The translations under genes were made by a program, and so were the position numbers. A stretch of DNA of 64,000 nt. Origin: Planctomycetota bacterium (GTDB lineage: Bacteria; Planctomycetota; UBA8108; SXIK01). Location: positions 1 through 64,000 of the forward strand of contig OZ244999.1 of the NCBI GenBank assembly GCA_965223265.1, written 5' to 3'. The notes under the pieces were generated by a model. The model saw only the letters and a list, made by a program, of their open reading frames with translations. It made no database searches and was not told the DNA's origin. Positions 19,742-29,009 of the stretch are shown here, piece by piece. The stretch's first letter is position 1. Each line of letters opens with the position of its first letter.

Positions 19742-20236
19742 CGCGAGCTCCGTATCGACCGGCGCGTCACTCGATCCACCCATCATCCACACGACCTGTG
19801 TCCCGAGCACTAGCGTCCGCTATCGAGTTTGCCTGATCAAAGCGCGAAACTACGCCTTGAAGCTTCCCGCCGAGAACACCGAATGACCCAACCGATTCTA
19901 ACTGCCGAGCCTATGCCGTCTATGCCTTTTCGTGTGCTGTCTGGTTTTTGACGTGTCCCGACAGATGGAGACTCGGCTTGATCCAGGTGGGACGGAGAGT
20001 GGTGCCCAGGCCGTAAGCACGGTTCCTCCCCGCGCCAGCGCCTCTGTGTGCAGTGAACGTGTTGACTCGTGTTTGGTCCCGCGGGCGTGCCGGAGATGTC
20101 AATGCGATGGTTGGATCGCGGGCGGGAGCGGCCAGAAACACGTGCGACTTGCGTCACCGCAGCCGTAGTCTTGTTAGAAGCGTTCGTCTGCAACATGTCG
20201 CCCTTTCGCATCGCGTCTGCCCACCGTGAGGAAGGA

Positions 20237-20270
20237 ATCTCCGGCGCGGTGTCATCTCCGGCGCGGTGTT
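20237..20270 (+). repeat. 2 x 17-bp tandem direct repeat
   Basis: ATCTCCGGCGCGGTGTC followed by ATCTCCGGCGCGGTGTT, upstream of the glycosyltransferase. Confidence 0.7.
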
Positions 20271-20353
20271 GGCGTCCGCGGCCACTAAGTCTACGCGAGC
20301 GCTTCGAACGCGCCGCCTACGTTCCTCGTTCGGAACGAACCAAACGACTGACG

Positions 20354-21439
20354 ATGCATAGTGTTCTTCTCAACGCACGTTTTCTCGTGCAACCTGTCAC
20401 AGGGGTCGAGCGCTTCGCTCGCGAGATGGCTCATGAGCTGCGACAGCGGTGCAGTTCAGTCGAGCTTCTCGTGCCTACAGGCGCGACGGTGCTGCCGCCG
20501 GTGAGTGGGCCATTGCAGCGCTACGGCGTGCTGCGCGGGCAGCCGTGGGAGCAATTGGAGCTCGGCCGATACGCACGCTGCGGTGGCCGCGTTCTCGTCA
20601 ACCTGGGCCAGACCGCTCCGCTTCGAGCGACACGGCAGATGGTCACGATCCACGACCTCGCTGTCTTCCACGAGCCACGATGGTTCACAAGGCGCTTCCG
20701 ATCTTGGCATCGCTTCCTCCTGCGCCGCCTCGCGCGCGAGGCGGCCCGTATCGTCACCCTCAGCGAGTTTTCCAGAGGCGAAATCGTCAAGTACCTTGGG
20801 GTGGAGGAGGACCGCGTCTCGATTGTTCCCGGCGCCGTCGCGTCGCAGTTTCTGCATGCAAGCAGACCCGCTGTCGAGGGCGAGAGGTCGTTCGATTTCG
20901 CCTCGGCGCGCCCTTTCGTTCTCACTGTCTCCTCGCGGTCGCGGCGAAAGAATCTCCGGCGTCTCCTTCTCGCCTATCAACAGCTTGCTCGCGCGGACGT
21001 CGATCTCTTCGTCGTGGGGGTGTCTAAACGCGACTTGGTTGCAGCTGGGCTCGGTGCCTTGATGCAGAAGGCGTCGGGCGTTCACGCGCTCGGCCGCATC
21101 GAGGATGCCGAGCTCGCCTCGCTCTACGGTCGCGCCGTCGCTTTCGTGTACCCTAGCCTCTACGAAGGCTTCGCTCTGTCTCCGCTCGAAGCGATGGCCG
21201 GTGGTTGTCCGGTGGTGACGTCAAACATCGCTGCGCTGACGGAGGTCTGCGGCGCCGCGGCCGAGTACGTCGATCCAAATGACATCGACTCCATCGCTAG
21301 TGGCCTGAGGACAGTTTTAGATTCCACTCGGCGCGCGGCCGAGCTCCAGCAACTCGGACTCGAGCGTGCGCGAGCTTTCAGCTGGGAGAAGTCCGGCGCC
21401 GAGTTCGCAGCGATTGTCCGCGAAATCGTTTGCACTTAA
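20354..21439 (+). CDS. Glycosyltransferase family 4 (GT-B)
   Basis: Probable ATG 20354; NARFL.QPVTGVERFA, TIHDL, SEFSR, RKNL, YPSLYEGFALSPLEAMAGG, FSWEK. Confidence 0.9.
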   Translation: MHSVLLNARFLVQPVTGVERFAREMAHELRQRCSSVELLVPTGATVLPPVSGPLQRYGVLRGQPWEQLELGRYARCGGRVLVNLGQTAPLRATRQMVTIHDLAVFHEPRWFTRRFRSWHRFLLRRLAREAARIVTLSEFSRGEIVKYLGVEEDRVSIVPGAVASQFLHASRPAVEGERSFDFASARPFVLTVSSRSRRKNLRRLLLAYQQLARADVDLFVVGVSKRDLVAAGLGALMQKASGVHALGRIEDAELASLYGRAVAFVYPSLYEGFALSPLEAMAGGCPVVTSNIAALTEVCGAAAEYVDPNDIDSIASGLRTVLDSTRRAAELQQLGLERARAFSWEKSGAEFAAIVREIVCT

Positions 21440-21484
21440 TCTTGGCGATTTCGTGCCCGGTTAGACGAGTTCGTGCGGCTTCGC

Positions 21485-22987
21485 TTATGTGACCAATGCA
21501 CGCAGCATCCCGGCCGCTTTGCTCAAGGTTTCGCGATACTCGGCTTCGGGACTTGAGAGCGCGACGATGCCGCCGCCGACCGGAAGCTGTAACCACCCGC
21601 GGGACTGTGTCACCGTGCGAATGAGAATATTGGTCCCCATGTCGCCGGCGAAGCTCATCCATCCCATGCTGCCGCAGTACGCCCCCCGGCTTGTCGGTTC
21701 TAGCTCGGCGATGATCTCCATCGCACGAACCTTCGGTGCACCCGTGATCGAGCCTCCTGGAAACGACGCCTCGAGCAGATCGAACGCCCCGAGACCTCCG
21801 CGGAGTTGTGATCGCACCTCTGACACCAGGTGGTACACCGTCGGGTGTCTTTCGATCTCGAAGAGGCGAGGAACCTCGACACTTCCCGGCTCGGACACCT
21901 TCGAGAGATCGTTGCGCAGCAGATCCACAATCATGACATTCTCAGAGCGATCCTTCTCGCTTTCGATGAGTGCAGCGCCTTGAAAGGGATCATCGAGCTG
22001 CGAGTAGCCACGCGGGCGAGTCCCTTTGATTGGGCGCGTCACGACTCTGCCGCGCTCGAGCGACAGGAACTGCTCGGGAGAGGAGCTTGCGATGACGCGG
22101 TCGCCGGTATGAAAGTAACTCGCAAAGGGAGCTGGGTTTCTCGAGCGCAGTCGTTCGTAGAGAACGTCAGAAGAGATCTCGGCGGGAGACAACAAACGTT
22201 GGGCGAGGTTGACTTGGAACACGTCACCGGCGTGGATGTATTCGATGGCTTGTCTTACGGCCGCGAGGTACGACTCGTGCGAAAAATTGCTCACCAGACC
22301 CGGTGGGCCGGAGACCGGCCACGACGGTGCAAGCTCATCCGTGGCGAGTTGAGAGTCAGGGAGGGGGGCGGCAGGCGGCGGCGTCGCTACCTTCAGGGCG
22401 CGCGACAGTTCGCGGTTTCGTACCTTCGCGAGGCGCGACCGCAGAGCCGCGTTCGTCTCGGGAAAACCGTGCGCCACGAGGTGGGCGCAGCTCTCGACGT
22501 GGTCGAACGCGATCACCCAGTCATAGAAACCAAGAACCATGTCTTCGCCGCTGAATTCGTCCCAGCGACATGATGGGATACGTTCCAGAGTACGTGCCAG
22601 GTCGTATGCAAAGTAGCCGGCCGCGCCGCCTTGAAACGGAGGAAGGTTGCGAACTCTTGGCGCTCCCCAGGCGCCGAAGCGCTCCTTGGCGGCGACGAGC
22701 GGCGGATCGTCCGTGACGTCGTGCGCGTGATACGGCGAATCGAGTCGCGACGGGTCATCTGCCCGCAGCTCGGTGGTTTGTCCGCGGCGCGACACCAAAA
22801 CGGCAAACGGGCTTGCTGCCAGGTAGGAGTAGCGTCCGAATCGAGAATCCGGGGCCGCGCTGTCGAATAGGATCGCGTAAGGGAGATGCGCTAGACGCCG
22901 GAATGTCCACCAAACATCAGGCGTCGGCGTCAGCCGTGTGACGGTCGGAGAGACGTCGCGTCGAGTTCGGGTGTGCGTCGGGTGCAT
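21485..22987 (-). CDS. pabB: Aminodeoxychorismate synthase component I
   Basis: LFDS, GRYSY, PFQGGAAGYFAYDL, GDVFQVNL, SSSPE, PIKGTRPR, ENVMIVDLLRNDLS, FPGGSITGAPKVRAMEII, NILIRT, GGGIV. Confidence 0.88.
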   Translation of the reverse strand: MHPTHTRTRRDVSPTVTRLTPTPDVWWTFRRLAHLPYAILFDSAAPDSRFGRYSYLAASPFAVLVSRRGQTTELRADDPSRLDSPYHAHDVTDDPPLVAAKERFGAWGAPRVRNLPPFQGGAAGYFAYDLARTLERIPSCRWDEFSGEDMVLGFYDWVIAFDHVESCAHLVAHGFPETNAALRSRLAKVRNRELSRALKVATPPPAAPLPDSQLATDELAPSWPVSGPPGLVSNFSHESYLAAVRQAIEYIHAGDVFQVNLAQRLLSPAEISSDVLYERLRSRNPAPFASYFHTGDRVIASSSPEQFLSLERGRVVTRPIKGTRPRGYSQLDDPFQGAALIESEKDRSENVMIVDLLRNDLSKVSEPGSVEVPRLFEIERHPTVYHLVSEVRSQLRGGLGAFDLLEASFPGGSITGAPKVRAMEIIAELEPTSRGAYCGSMGWMSFAGDMGTNILIRTVTQSRGWLQLPVGGGIVALSSPEAEYRETLSKAAGMLRALVT

Positions 22988-23020
22988 GGCAAATTCATAT
23001 CCGGAGGTGCTCCGGACGGA

Positions 23021-24430
23021 TCAACTTGGTTTCGAGCGGCGTCTTGTGTGTCGTTCGATCTGACTCTCTTCCTCGCGCGTCAGGAACCCCCAGCGCAAGG
23101 ACTCATCCTGAGCATAGTTCTTTCCCAGCGTCATAGCAGTCACTGCTTTCGCCATTTCGTAACCGAGATAGAACGCGTGGGCAGGGTCTTCGACCGTCAG
23201 TTGTTCGAAAACCTCGAATGGGTCGGTTCCCGTGACGTGAATTCCGGCGCTCATAGCGTGGATGCGATCGTTCTCCGCGAAGAGGCGGAAGTTCTTGTCC
23301 TTGATCTCGGCTGCCAGTCGGCTCAGCACGTCGGCGCCAAAGGATTTCACCGTCGGGTCACGCAAGAGATGGAGCAGCGGTTCAACATGCTTCGGCAGCG
23401 CCGAGTTCTTGACGGCGTAGTGCACGAGGCGCCGCGCCAGATCGAGTTCACGAACGCACGTTTGTGCCCAGTGGATGACTTCCGTGGTGAGGACGCTGCG
23501 GATCGAGAGTTCCTCACAGAACCCGAGGAGGATCACGTTGACGGCGGCTGAGTCTGCCCCGGTGAGCTCGGTGAGGTTGCCGACCCCCATCATCATGGCC
23601 GCTTCCGGGAAATCTTTGCGCGTCTCTAGATAGCGTGCGAGCGACTGTGCGAACCCGAAGCCGATCGGCTCGAGAACTGGGTCAAGTCGATATCGCTTCC
23701 CCCAAGCGTCCAGTTGCGACGCGGTTTCCGCCATGCCGCGCAGAGACGACGGCTCATCAGGGATGACGACGAACTCGCACTCGAGGTCCTTCGCGACGGC
23801 AACATTGGACGCGTTGACGCTGAGCACGAGCTCAGCGCCAGCTTCGACCGCGTCGACGATTTCTTCTGGATGGAGACTGTCGATGGAAATCCGATGCCCT
23901 TCGGCCTTGAGCATGCGAACGACTTCGCCGACTCCCGTAAATGGGCCGCCAGGGTCACAGCCGACGTCGATGACATCCGCTCCAGCTTGACGCAGTCGCG
24001 CGGCGCTCTCACGGATCTCCTCCAGCTGTAGCTGTGGGGCATGATTGATCTCCGCGATGATCTCGATCGAGAAGGAGCCGTCGTAGCGACCGCCTCCTCG
24101 GCTTTCGCTGCCGAAGAAACGCGGCAGATCGCGGAGGTCCTTAGGGCCGCGCTTGACATCGACTGCGAACGCTGTTCGCAGAGTCTCTAAGTCGCCGCTG
24201 ACATAGCCGGGAAGAATGACGCAGTCGCACTCGGGTGCCGATCGAACTTGTCTGGAGATCCAATCGACCGTCATCAGAGCCGCAACGGCGATGTTGAGAA
24301 CGACGATCTCGTAACGGATGTGCGTCTCCGCGGACAGTTCCCGGAGGGTTGTCTCGAGGGCCGGCGCCGCTAGTTTGCCGGTGAAAAAAGTCAAGTGCTG
24401 AGACTTGCCGATCTCGTTCAACGCACCCAC
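23021..24430 (-). CDS. Dihydropteroate-synthase-like protein, Orf20 (H4MPT biosynthesis)
   Basis: TGKLA, VAALMT, GPKDLRDLP, IIAEI, GADVIDVGC, SIDS, DPVLEPIGFGF, MMGVGNLTELT.AD, HAFYLGYEMAKA...YAQDE.LRWG. Confidence 0.88.
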   Translation of the reverse strand: MGALNEIGKSQHLTFFTGKLAAPALETTLRELSAETHIRYEIVVLNIAVAALMTVDWISRQVRSAPECDCVILPGYVSGDLETLRTAFAVDVKRGPKDLRDLPRFFGSESRGGGRYDGSFSIEIIAEINHAPQLQLEEIRESAARLRQAGADVIDVGCDPGGPFTGVGEVVRMLKAEGHRISIDSLHPEEIVDAVEAGAELVLSVNASNVAVAKDLECEFVVIPDEPSSLRGMAETASQLDAWGKRYRLDPVLEPIGFGFAQSLARYLETRKDFPEAAMMMGVGNLTELTGADSAAVNVILLGFCEELSIRSVLTTEVIHWAQTCVRELDLARRLVHYAVKNSALPKHVEPLLHLLRDPTVKSFGADVLSRLAAEIKDKNFRLFAENDRIHAMSAGIHVTGTDPFEVFEQLTVEDPAHAFYLGYEMAKAVTAMTLGKNYAQDESLRWGFLTREEESQIERHTRRRSKPS

Positions 24431-24756
24431 TTCTTGGGAAAACCTTCGAGCGGGCCGTTTGACTCTGGAAGCCAGGTTGCGATCGACTCGATTTCCTGCG
24501 CCAGAGCGAAGTCTTTGTCGGTGAGGCCGCCGGCACTGTGCGTCTGCAGCTTGACGATCACCTGCGCCCAGCCGACGATGAGATCGGGATGGTGAAAGGC
24601 CGCTTCAGCTCGATAGCCGATGGCGTTGACGAGCATAAGAGTATGCGGCCAGCCCGGCGTCTTAAAGGTGCGGCGAATCCAACCGTCGTCGAGCTGCCAC
24701 TGCGGTAGCGATTGCAACTTGGTTTTGACATCGTCGGGGCTCAGAGCCTCTGACAT
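24418..24756 (-). CDS. phhB: Pterin-4a-carbinolamine dehydratase
   Basis: AEAAFHHPDL, LQTHSAGGLTDKDFALA; overlaps the orf20 start. Confidence 0.9.
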   Translation of the reverse strand: MSEALSPDDVKTKLQSLPQWQLDDGWIRRTFKTPGWPHTLMLVNAIGYRAEAAFHHPDLIVGWAQVIVKLQTHSAGGLTDKDFALAQEIESIATWLPESNGPLEGFPKKWVR

Positions 24757-24996
24757 GGATTGCTTCCTCCCTGAAATTCACTTTGGGGCACTCGCGAGCG
24801 GATGCTCTCGTCTCTGCGGGCGCCGATCACTTGGGTCGCGTTCCGCACCTCGGGGTTAGCGAGGGTTCACGATACCAATCTCTGACGCGTGAGTCACAGC
24901 TGTCCGCGGCAAAAAAGGTACGGCACGCGTCGCAGCCAAAGGGCCTGGCCTCCACACGCGCTAACGCGGTGATGCCTTGGCTCATGGTGCAGCTAA

Positions 24997-25174
24997 CAGC
25001 CCGTTGAAAAAGTCATTCGGCTGAGAAACCGGCCTCTTCACGCCCAGATCAGCCGCGGCGAGCCTCGCCGTGTATATCTTATAGAAGAGGGCTCGGAGAT
25101 TACCTGCGTTCGCCGCGGCTGATCTGGACGCGAAGCGACCAGTTTTCAGCTCGAAGCACTTTTTCAACAGGCTG
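24997..25174. mobile_element. 178-bp palindromic MITE/REP-like element, copy 1
   Basis: TIRs CAGCCCGTTGAAAAAGT / ACTTTTTCAACAGGCTG; CTAA on both sides (24993-24996, 25175-25178); internal perfect inverted repeat CCAGATCAGCCGCGGCGA / TCGCCGCGGCTGATCTGG. Confidence 0.8.
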
Positions 25175-25954
25175 CTAACGCACCGCGCCACCGTTCACGC
25201 GAATCACTTGACCTGTGATGTAAGAAGCTGCCGGGGAGGCAAGAAAGAGCGCAGCGTGCGCAACGTCCTGCGGCGTTCCCCATCGTTCGAGTGGAGTCTC
25301 CCGACGCACGCGCTCCTGCCACCGGTCGCTGGCTTGATCTCCCCAAGCTGTCTTGATCCAGCCGGGGGCAATGCAGTTGACTCGGATTCTCGGCGCCAGG
25401 CTGAGCGCGGCACTACGTGTAAACGCCATGACGCCGCCCTTCACTGCTGAGAAGAGTTCTGCGTCGTCGCCTTCCATTCCCGCTTCGGCTTGGTCCCATC
25501 CAATGTTGATGATCGTCCCGCCACTGGAGCCCATGGTGTCGGCCACGCCCTTCGTGAGGAGGATCGTTGCGCGGAGATCGAGCTCGACGAGGAGCTTGAG
25601 CTTGTCGACGTAGGATCGCTTCGCGTCCTCACTCGTCAGGATGTCGGCGCCGGCGTTGTTCACCCAGACGTCGATTTGACCGAGGGTGTCTGAACACTGG
25701 TGCACCAACCGTCTGCACTCGTTTTCGCGGCTGAGGTCAGCTTGAAACACGACACTTTCTGTCCCGAGGGTGCGGAGCTTGTGCGCCAGCCCCTCGGCCT
25801 CTTGCATCGACTTGTTAGCGTGAACTGCGACGACGGATCCGGCGCGCGCAAACTCGAGCGCGATGGCGCGGCCGATGCCACTCGATGAGCCGGTGACAAC
25901 GGCGCGGAGTCCGTTCATTTGATACGGAGAAGATTCGACTGCGTCATTCAGCAC
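25175..25954 (-). CDS. Atypical SDR (FxxxK instead of YxxxK), possible pterin reductase
   Basis: TGSSSGIG, NNAG, NIGWD, ELFSAVKGG, VNCIAPGWI, TGQVIRVNGG; located among pterin genes. Confidence 0.85.
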   Translation of the reverse strand: MLNDAVESSPYQMNGLRAVVTGSSSGIGRAIALEFARAGSVVAVHANKSMQEAEGLAHKLRTLGTESVVFQADLSRENECRRLVHQCSDTLGQIDVWVNNAGADILTSEDAKRSYVDKLKLLVELDLRATILLTKGVADTMGSSGGTIINIGWDQAEAGMEGDDAELFSAVKGGVMAFTRSAALSLAPRIRVNCIAPGWIKTAWGDQASDRWQERVRRETPLERWGTPQDVAHAALFLASPAASYITGQVIRVNGGAVR

Positions 25955-26047
25955 GACTGTTTCGTCCTCACAGCGCCGCAGCGAAGGTGACGACCATGCA
26001 ACGTTCGAGTTCTGTGTAGCCGACGAGTGACGCTCTCAAAAAGCTCG

Positions 26048-26560
26048 TCACATCTCGACTGGAGAAACTTCGTAACTGGCATTTTGTCCCGGCGACTCCT
26101 CGATCTCGACTCGCACGTGGCGAAGGCGCCCGCCTTTGCCGCTTTCACTCGCGACACGGCTCCGCAGCTCGTCAACGATGCGACCGTGAAACCAGCGGGC
26201 GAGGAGCTCGGCTGTGGTGTTTTCGATCGGCAGTAGGCAACAATCGTCGCGCGGGAAAATCCATTCGCGGTCTTCGTAGGCCATGCGGACGCGCTTCTCC
26301 TCGACGTCGATCTGAAAGCAGGGGCTTCGCTGTGGAACGAGCATGCGGTGGTCTAGCTCGGCGCAGATCTCGAGCAGAATACCCTTGAGCGCGATGAAAT
26401 CGAAGACGAGGAAGTTCTCGTCGAGGTCACCTTCGATCTCGGTTGCGACTCGGTAGTTGTGCCCGTGGAGTCGCTCGCACTGGGTGTCGTTGTAAATGAT
26501 AAAGTGGGCCGAGCAGAAGGAGAGATAGTCCTTACTGACGCGGACTTTGTAGACTTCCAT
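26048..26560 (-). CDS. 6-pyruvoyl-tetrahydropterin synthase/QueD family protein (CExxHGH type)
   Basis: FCSAHF, CERLHGHNY, LDH, NTTAELLA, EES; ATG at 26560. Confidence 0.88.
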   Translation of the reverse strand: MEVYKVRVSKDYLSFCSAHFIIYNDTQCERLHGHNYRVATEIEGDLDENFLVFDFIALKGILLEICAELDHRMLVPQRSPCFQIDVEEKRVRMAYEDREWIFPRDDCCLLPIENTTAELLARWFHGRIVDELRSRVASESGKGGRLRHVRVEIEESPGQNASYEVSPVEM

Positions 26561-26583
26561 AGACGGCAAGAGTCCTCAGCTAG

Positions 26584-26758
26584 CAGCCTGTTGAAAAAGT
26601 GCTTCGAGCCGAAAACTGGTCTCTTCGCGTCCAGATCGGCCGCGGCAAACGCAGGTAATCTCCGAGCCCTCTTCAATAAGGTATACGGCGAGTATTGACG
26701 CGGTCGAGCTGGGCGTGAAGAGGCCAGTTTCTCGGCCGAATGACTTTTCAACAGGCTG
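26584..26758. mobile_element. 175-bp MITE/REP-like element, copy 2 (inverted relative to copy 1)
   Basis: CAGCCTGTTGAAAAAGTG...GACTTTTCAACAGGCTG, flanked by CTAG and TTAG; close reverse complement of 24997-25174. Confidence 0.8.
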
Positions 26759-26969
26759 TTAGGTTCGGTGCGGCGGTTGTCTCGACTCTGCGTTGGCTCT
26801 CCCCCCAGGAGGGCTGCACGTCCGAGAGAGCTGTTCTTGCGGAAGCGATGACGGGCGCAACGACGTCGCGTCGACGACGCTGACTCGGCTCGGCGTCTTG
26901 ACCGGGAAACTGGAATCGGTGCGCCTTGAGCGCGTCGCTCTGACGACGTTACGTCGTCGAAGATGACCT

Positions 26970-27908
26970 TTAGCAGCCGTCGTTGAACTCGTCCGAAAAG
27001 GCGATTATGCCACCGCGTAGCGCTAGAAACAAGGCGGCCGCGATGAGGTCGGCCGTTGCGCCGGGATTACGCCGATTGCCATCGCTGCGTAGCCAGGAAT
27101 CGAACGCCGCGAACCGCTCGCGACTCGCGCTCGTGTGGGGCCAATCGAGATCGAGAACGCTGCGTGCCCGGCGCATCGCGTCGCGGGCGACCTCGATGCC
27201 GCACTTGCGCGCGATCAGCGAGTCTTCCATCCGAGCCAGCGTGCGCAGAGCGCAGCCGACGATCGCGTTTTCGAGCGACTCCCGACGGGCGATAGCGTCG
27301 ACGACATCGACGAGGCACACATCGACGACATCTTCGAAGCTACCGGTGTACTGACGTGCGATGAGGTCACGCGCGCTCGCGAGCTCCATGACGTCGATGA
27401 GACTCCGCTCTGGTGGGCGTGCGACATCCTGTTGATCGACGGTGCCCAGACCACCCGGGGCCGCCTTGCGAATCGCCTCATAGATGAGGGCGACGTCGCG
27501 AGCCGAAGCGTCGCGGACGACCTGATCGACGGCAGCGCGGATCGCCTGACGGCCGGCGGCCGAGGCGACGTCGGGGCTCGCCGGGGTCTTAGAGAGCGGT
27601 GCGAGCAAGAGAACGATGCCGAGGTTCGTGTTCCGCCCGACGGTTGCCAGGGTCGCCTCGACTGCCTCGATCACGAGTTCACCGACGCTTTTTTCGGCAG
27701 CGTGGTCGAACGTCTGTCGAATCGCCGCGGCGCTGCGCAGAAAGTCGTCGAACGTGGTGTCCTGAAAGCTCGCCTGAGGATGAACATTGCCTGGCTTGGG
27801 TGCGCGGGCCTCCAGGAGGCATGCGGCCTCGGCGAGTTGACCGGTGCTGAGGTCGGGGGAATGCTGGTCGATCATCGGAGCAACAGAAGATTTGGATCGC
27901 CAGCTCAC
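26970..27908 (-). CDS. CitG-like triphosphoribosyl-dephospho-CoA synthase family protein, Orf7 (C1 cluster)
   Basis: ACLLEARAPKPGNVH, NTNLGIVLLLAPL, PGGLG, DSLIARKCG, RNPGATADL; 4-bp overlap with orf5. Confidence 0.88.
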   Translation of the reverse strand: MSWRSKSSVAPMIDQHSPDLSTGQLAEAACLLEARAPKPGNVHPQASFQDTTFDDFLRSAAAIRQTFDHAAEKSVGELVIEAVEATLATVGRNTNLGIVLLLAPLSKTPASPDVASAAGRQAIRAAVDQVVRDASARDVALIYEAIRKAAPGGLGTVDQQDVARPPERSLIDVMELASARDLIARQYTGSFEDVVDVCLVDVVDAIARRESLENAIVGCALRTLARMEDSLIARKCGIEVARDAMRRARSVLDLDWPHTSASRERFAAFDSWLRSDGNRRNPGATADLIAAALFLALRGGIIAFSDEFNDGC

Positions 27909-28930
27909 GTTTTGGACGCCGGCTCGCGTCGGGCTGGACGTTGATCGCTCGACGGCTTAGGAAGGCCCACGATTTCGCCCCGGATCCACGCGAGGAGTTC
28001 GGCTGCGATATCGATGCCGGAGACCGCCGCGATCGACCGCCAACCCGGGACGCCGTTGACTTCGAGGAGCCACCAGCGACCGTCGTGGTCAGGGAGGATG
28101 TCCACTCCCGCGATGTCCGCGCCGACCGCTCGCGCGGCCTGCATGGCGATGTCGGTGAGCTCAGGCGGCGCGGTGAACACTGCTGCACGACCGCCCTGAG
28201 CCACGTTGGTTCTCCAGTCACCAGCCGCCGCGAAGCGACGCATCGACGCGATCACCTCGTCGCCACAAACGAAGAGCCGGATGTCACATCCAGGGTTGGG
28301 AACGAACCGCTGTTGGTAGATGACACGACCCTCTGCCTCGAGACGCCGAAACTCCTCGGTCGCATTGCGCAGGCTTTGCACTCGGAGGAGGCCGCGTCCC
28401 TCAGATCCGAAGAGCGGCTTGATGACGACGTCGCCGCCGAGCTCGTCGAACCCACTGAGTGCGCTGTCGGCGCATTGGCTCACGTGCGTCTTTGGCACAG
28501 AGAGCCCCGCAGCTTGCAAGCGTACCGTGCACAGGTACTTGTCGATCGCGGTTTCAAGGGCGCGTGGCCGATTGAAAACCCGCGTCGTCGTTTCGACACG
28601 GTGCAGCACATCCATTCGGAAGATAATTTCTTCGAGGCTGCCCGCCGGCATGGTGCGAACGATGAGGCCGTCGAGCTCTGCGAGGTGAACGTCGCTGTAA
28701 GCAGTCGCCGTGCCGTCGACGTTGCGGCTGCGTTCTGCACCATGACCGCCGCGACGCCTCGTGCGACTCTCTTCCTGCTCTTCGTTGTTGCGCGGCGCGA
28801 CAAGAGCGCTGAGTCGTCGAAAATCGGCGACGGCAAGGTGCAGCCCGAGGCGCGTGGCGGCGCGCCGCAGATCTTGGACGTGCCAACCGGCGGTGGGACC
28901 GCAGAGGACGGCGAGTTCGACGGGTTTCAT
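27905..28930 (-). CDS. RimK-family ATP-grasp glutamate ligase, Orf5/MyfA-like
   Basis: GWH..DL, VRTMPAGSLEEIIFRMDVLH, IDK, KPLFGSEGRG, DIRLFV, WRTNVAQG, GVDIL, LEVNGVPGW. Confidence 0.88.
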   Translation of the reverse strand: MKPVELAVLCGPTAGWHVQDLRRAATRLGLHLAVADFRRLSALVAPRNNEEQEESRTRRRGGHGAERSRNVDGTATAYSDVHLAELDGLIVRTMPAGSLEEIIFRMDVLHRVETTTRVFNRPRALETAIDKYLCTVRLQAAGLSVPKTHVSQCADSALSGFDELGGDVVIKPLFGSEGRGLLRVQSLRNATEEFRRLEAEGRVIYQQRFVPNPGCDIRLFVCGDEVIASMRRFAAAGDWRTNVAQGGRAAVFTAPPELTDIAMQAARAVGADIAGVDILPDHDGRWWLLEVNGVPGWRSIAAVSGIDIAAELLAWIRGEIVGLPKPSSDQRPARREPASKT

Positions 28931-29009
28931 GTGGTGGTTCCGTGGAGCATCTGCGCCGCCGGCGATGGTCGTGGCGCGGAGGTGCGCAGCTCGCTGCGGC
29001 GCCGGCCTC

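Noticed and set aside
24982-26698. Two short ORFs sharing LLKKCFE.KTG.FASRSAAANAGNLRALF
   Set aside because: Translations of the two MITE-like copies, not a protein family.
26763-26969. Small hairpins upstream of PTPS, considered as a preQ1/pterin riboswitch
   Set aside because: No recognisable aptamer consensus, and the MITE-like element separates them from the gene.
26970-27908. Citrate lyase/malonate decarboxylase citG
   Set aside because: No cit/mdc genes nearby; coupled to orf5 and mch as in C1 clusters.
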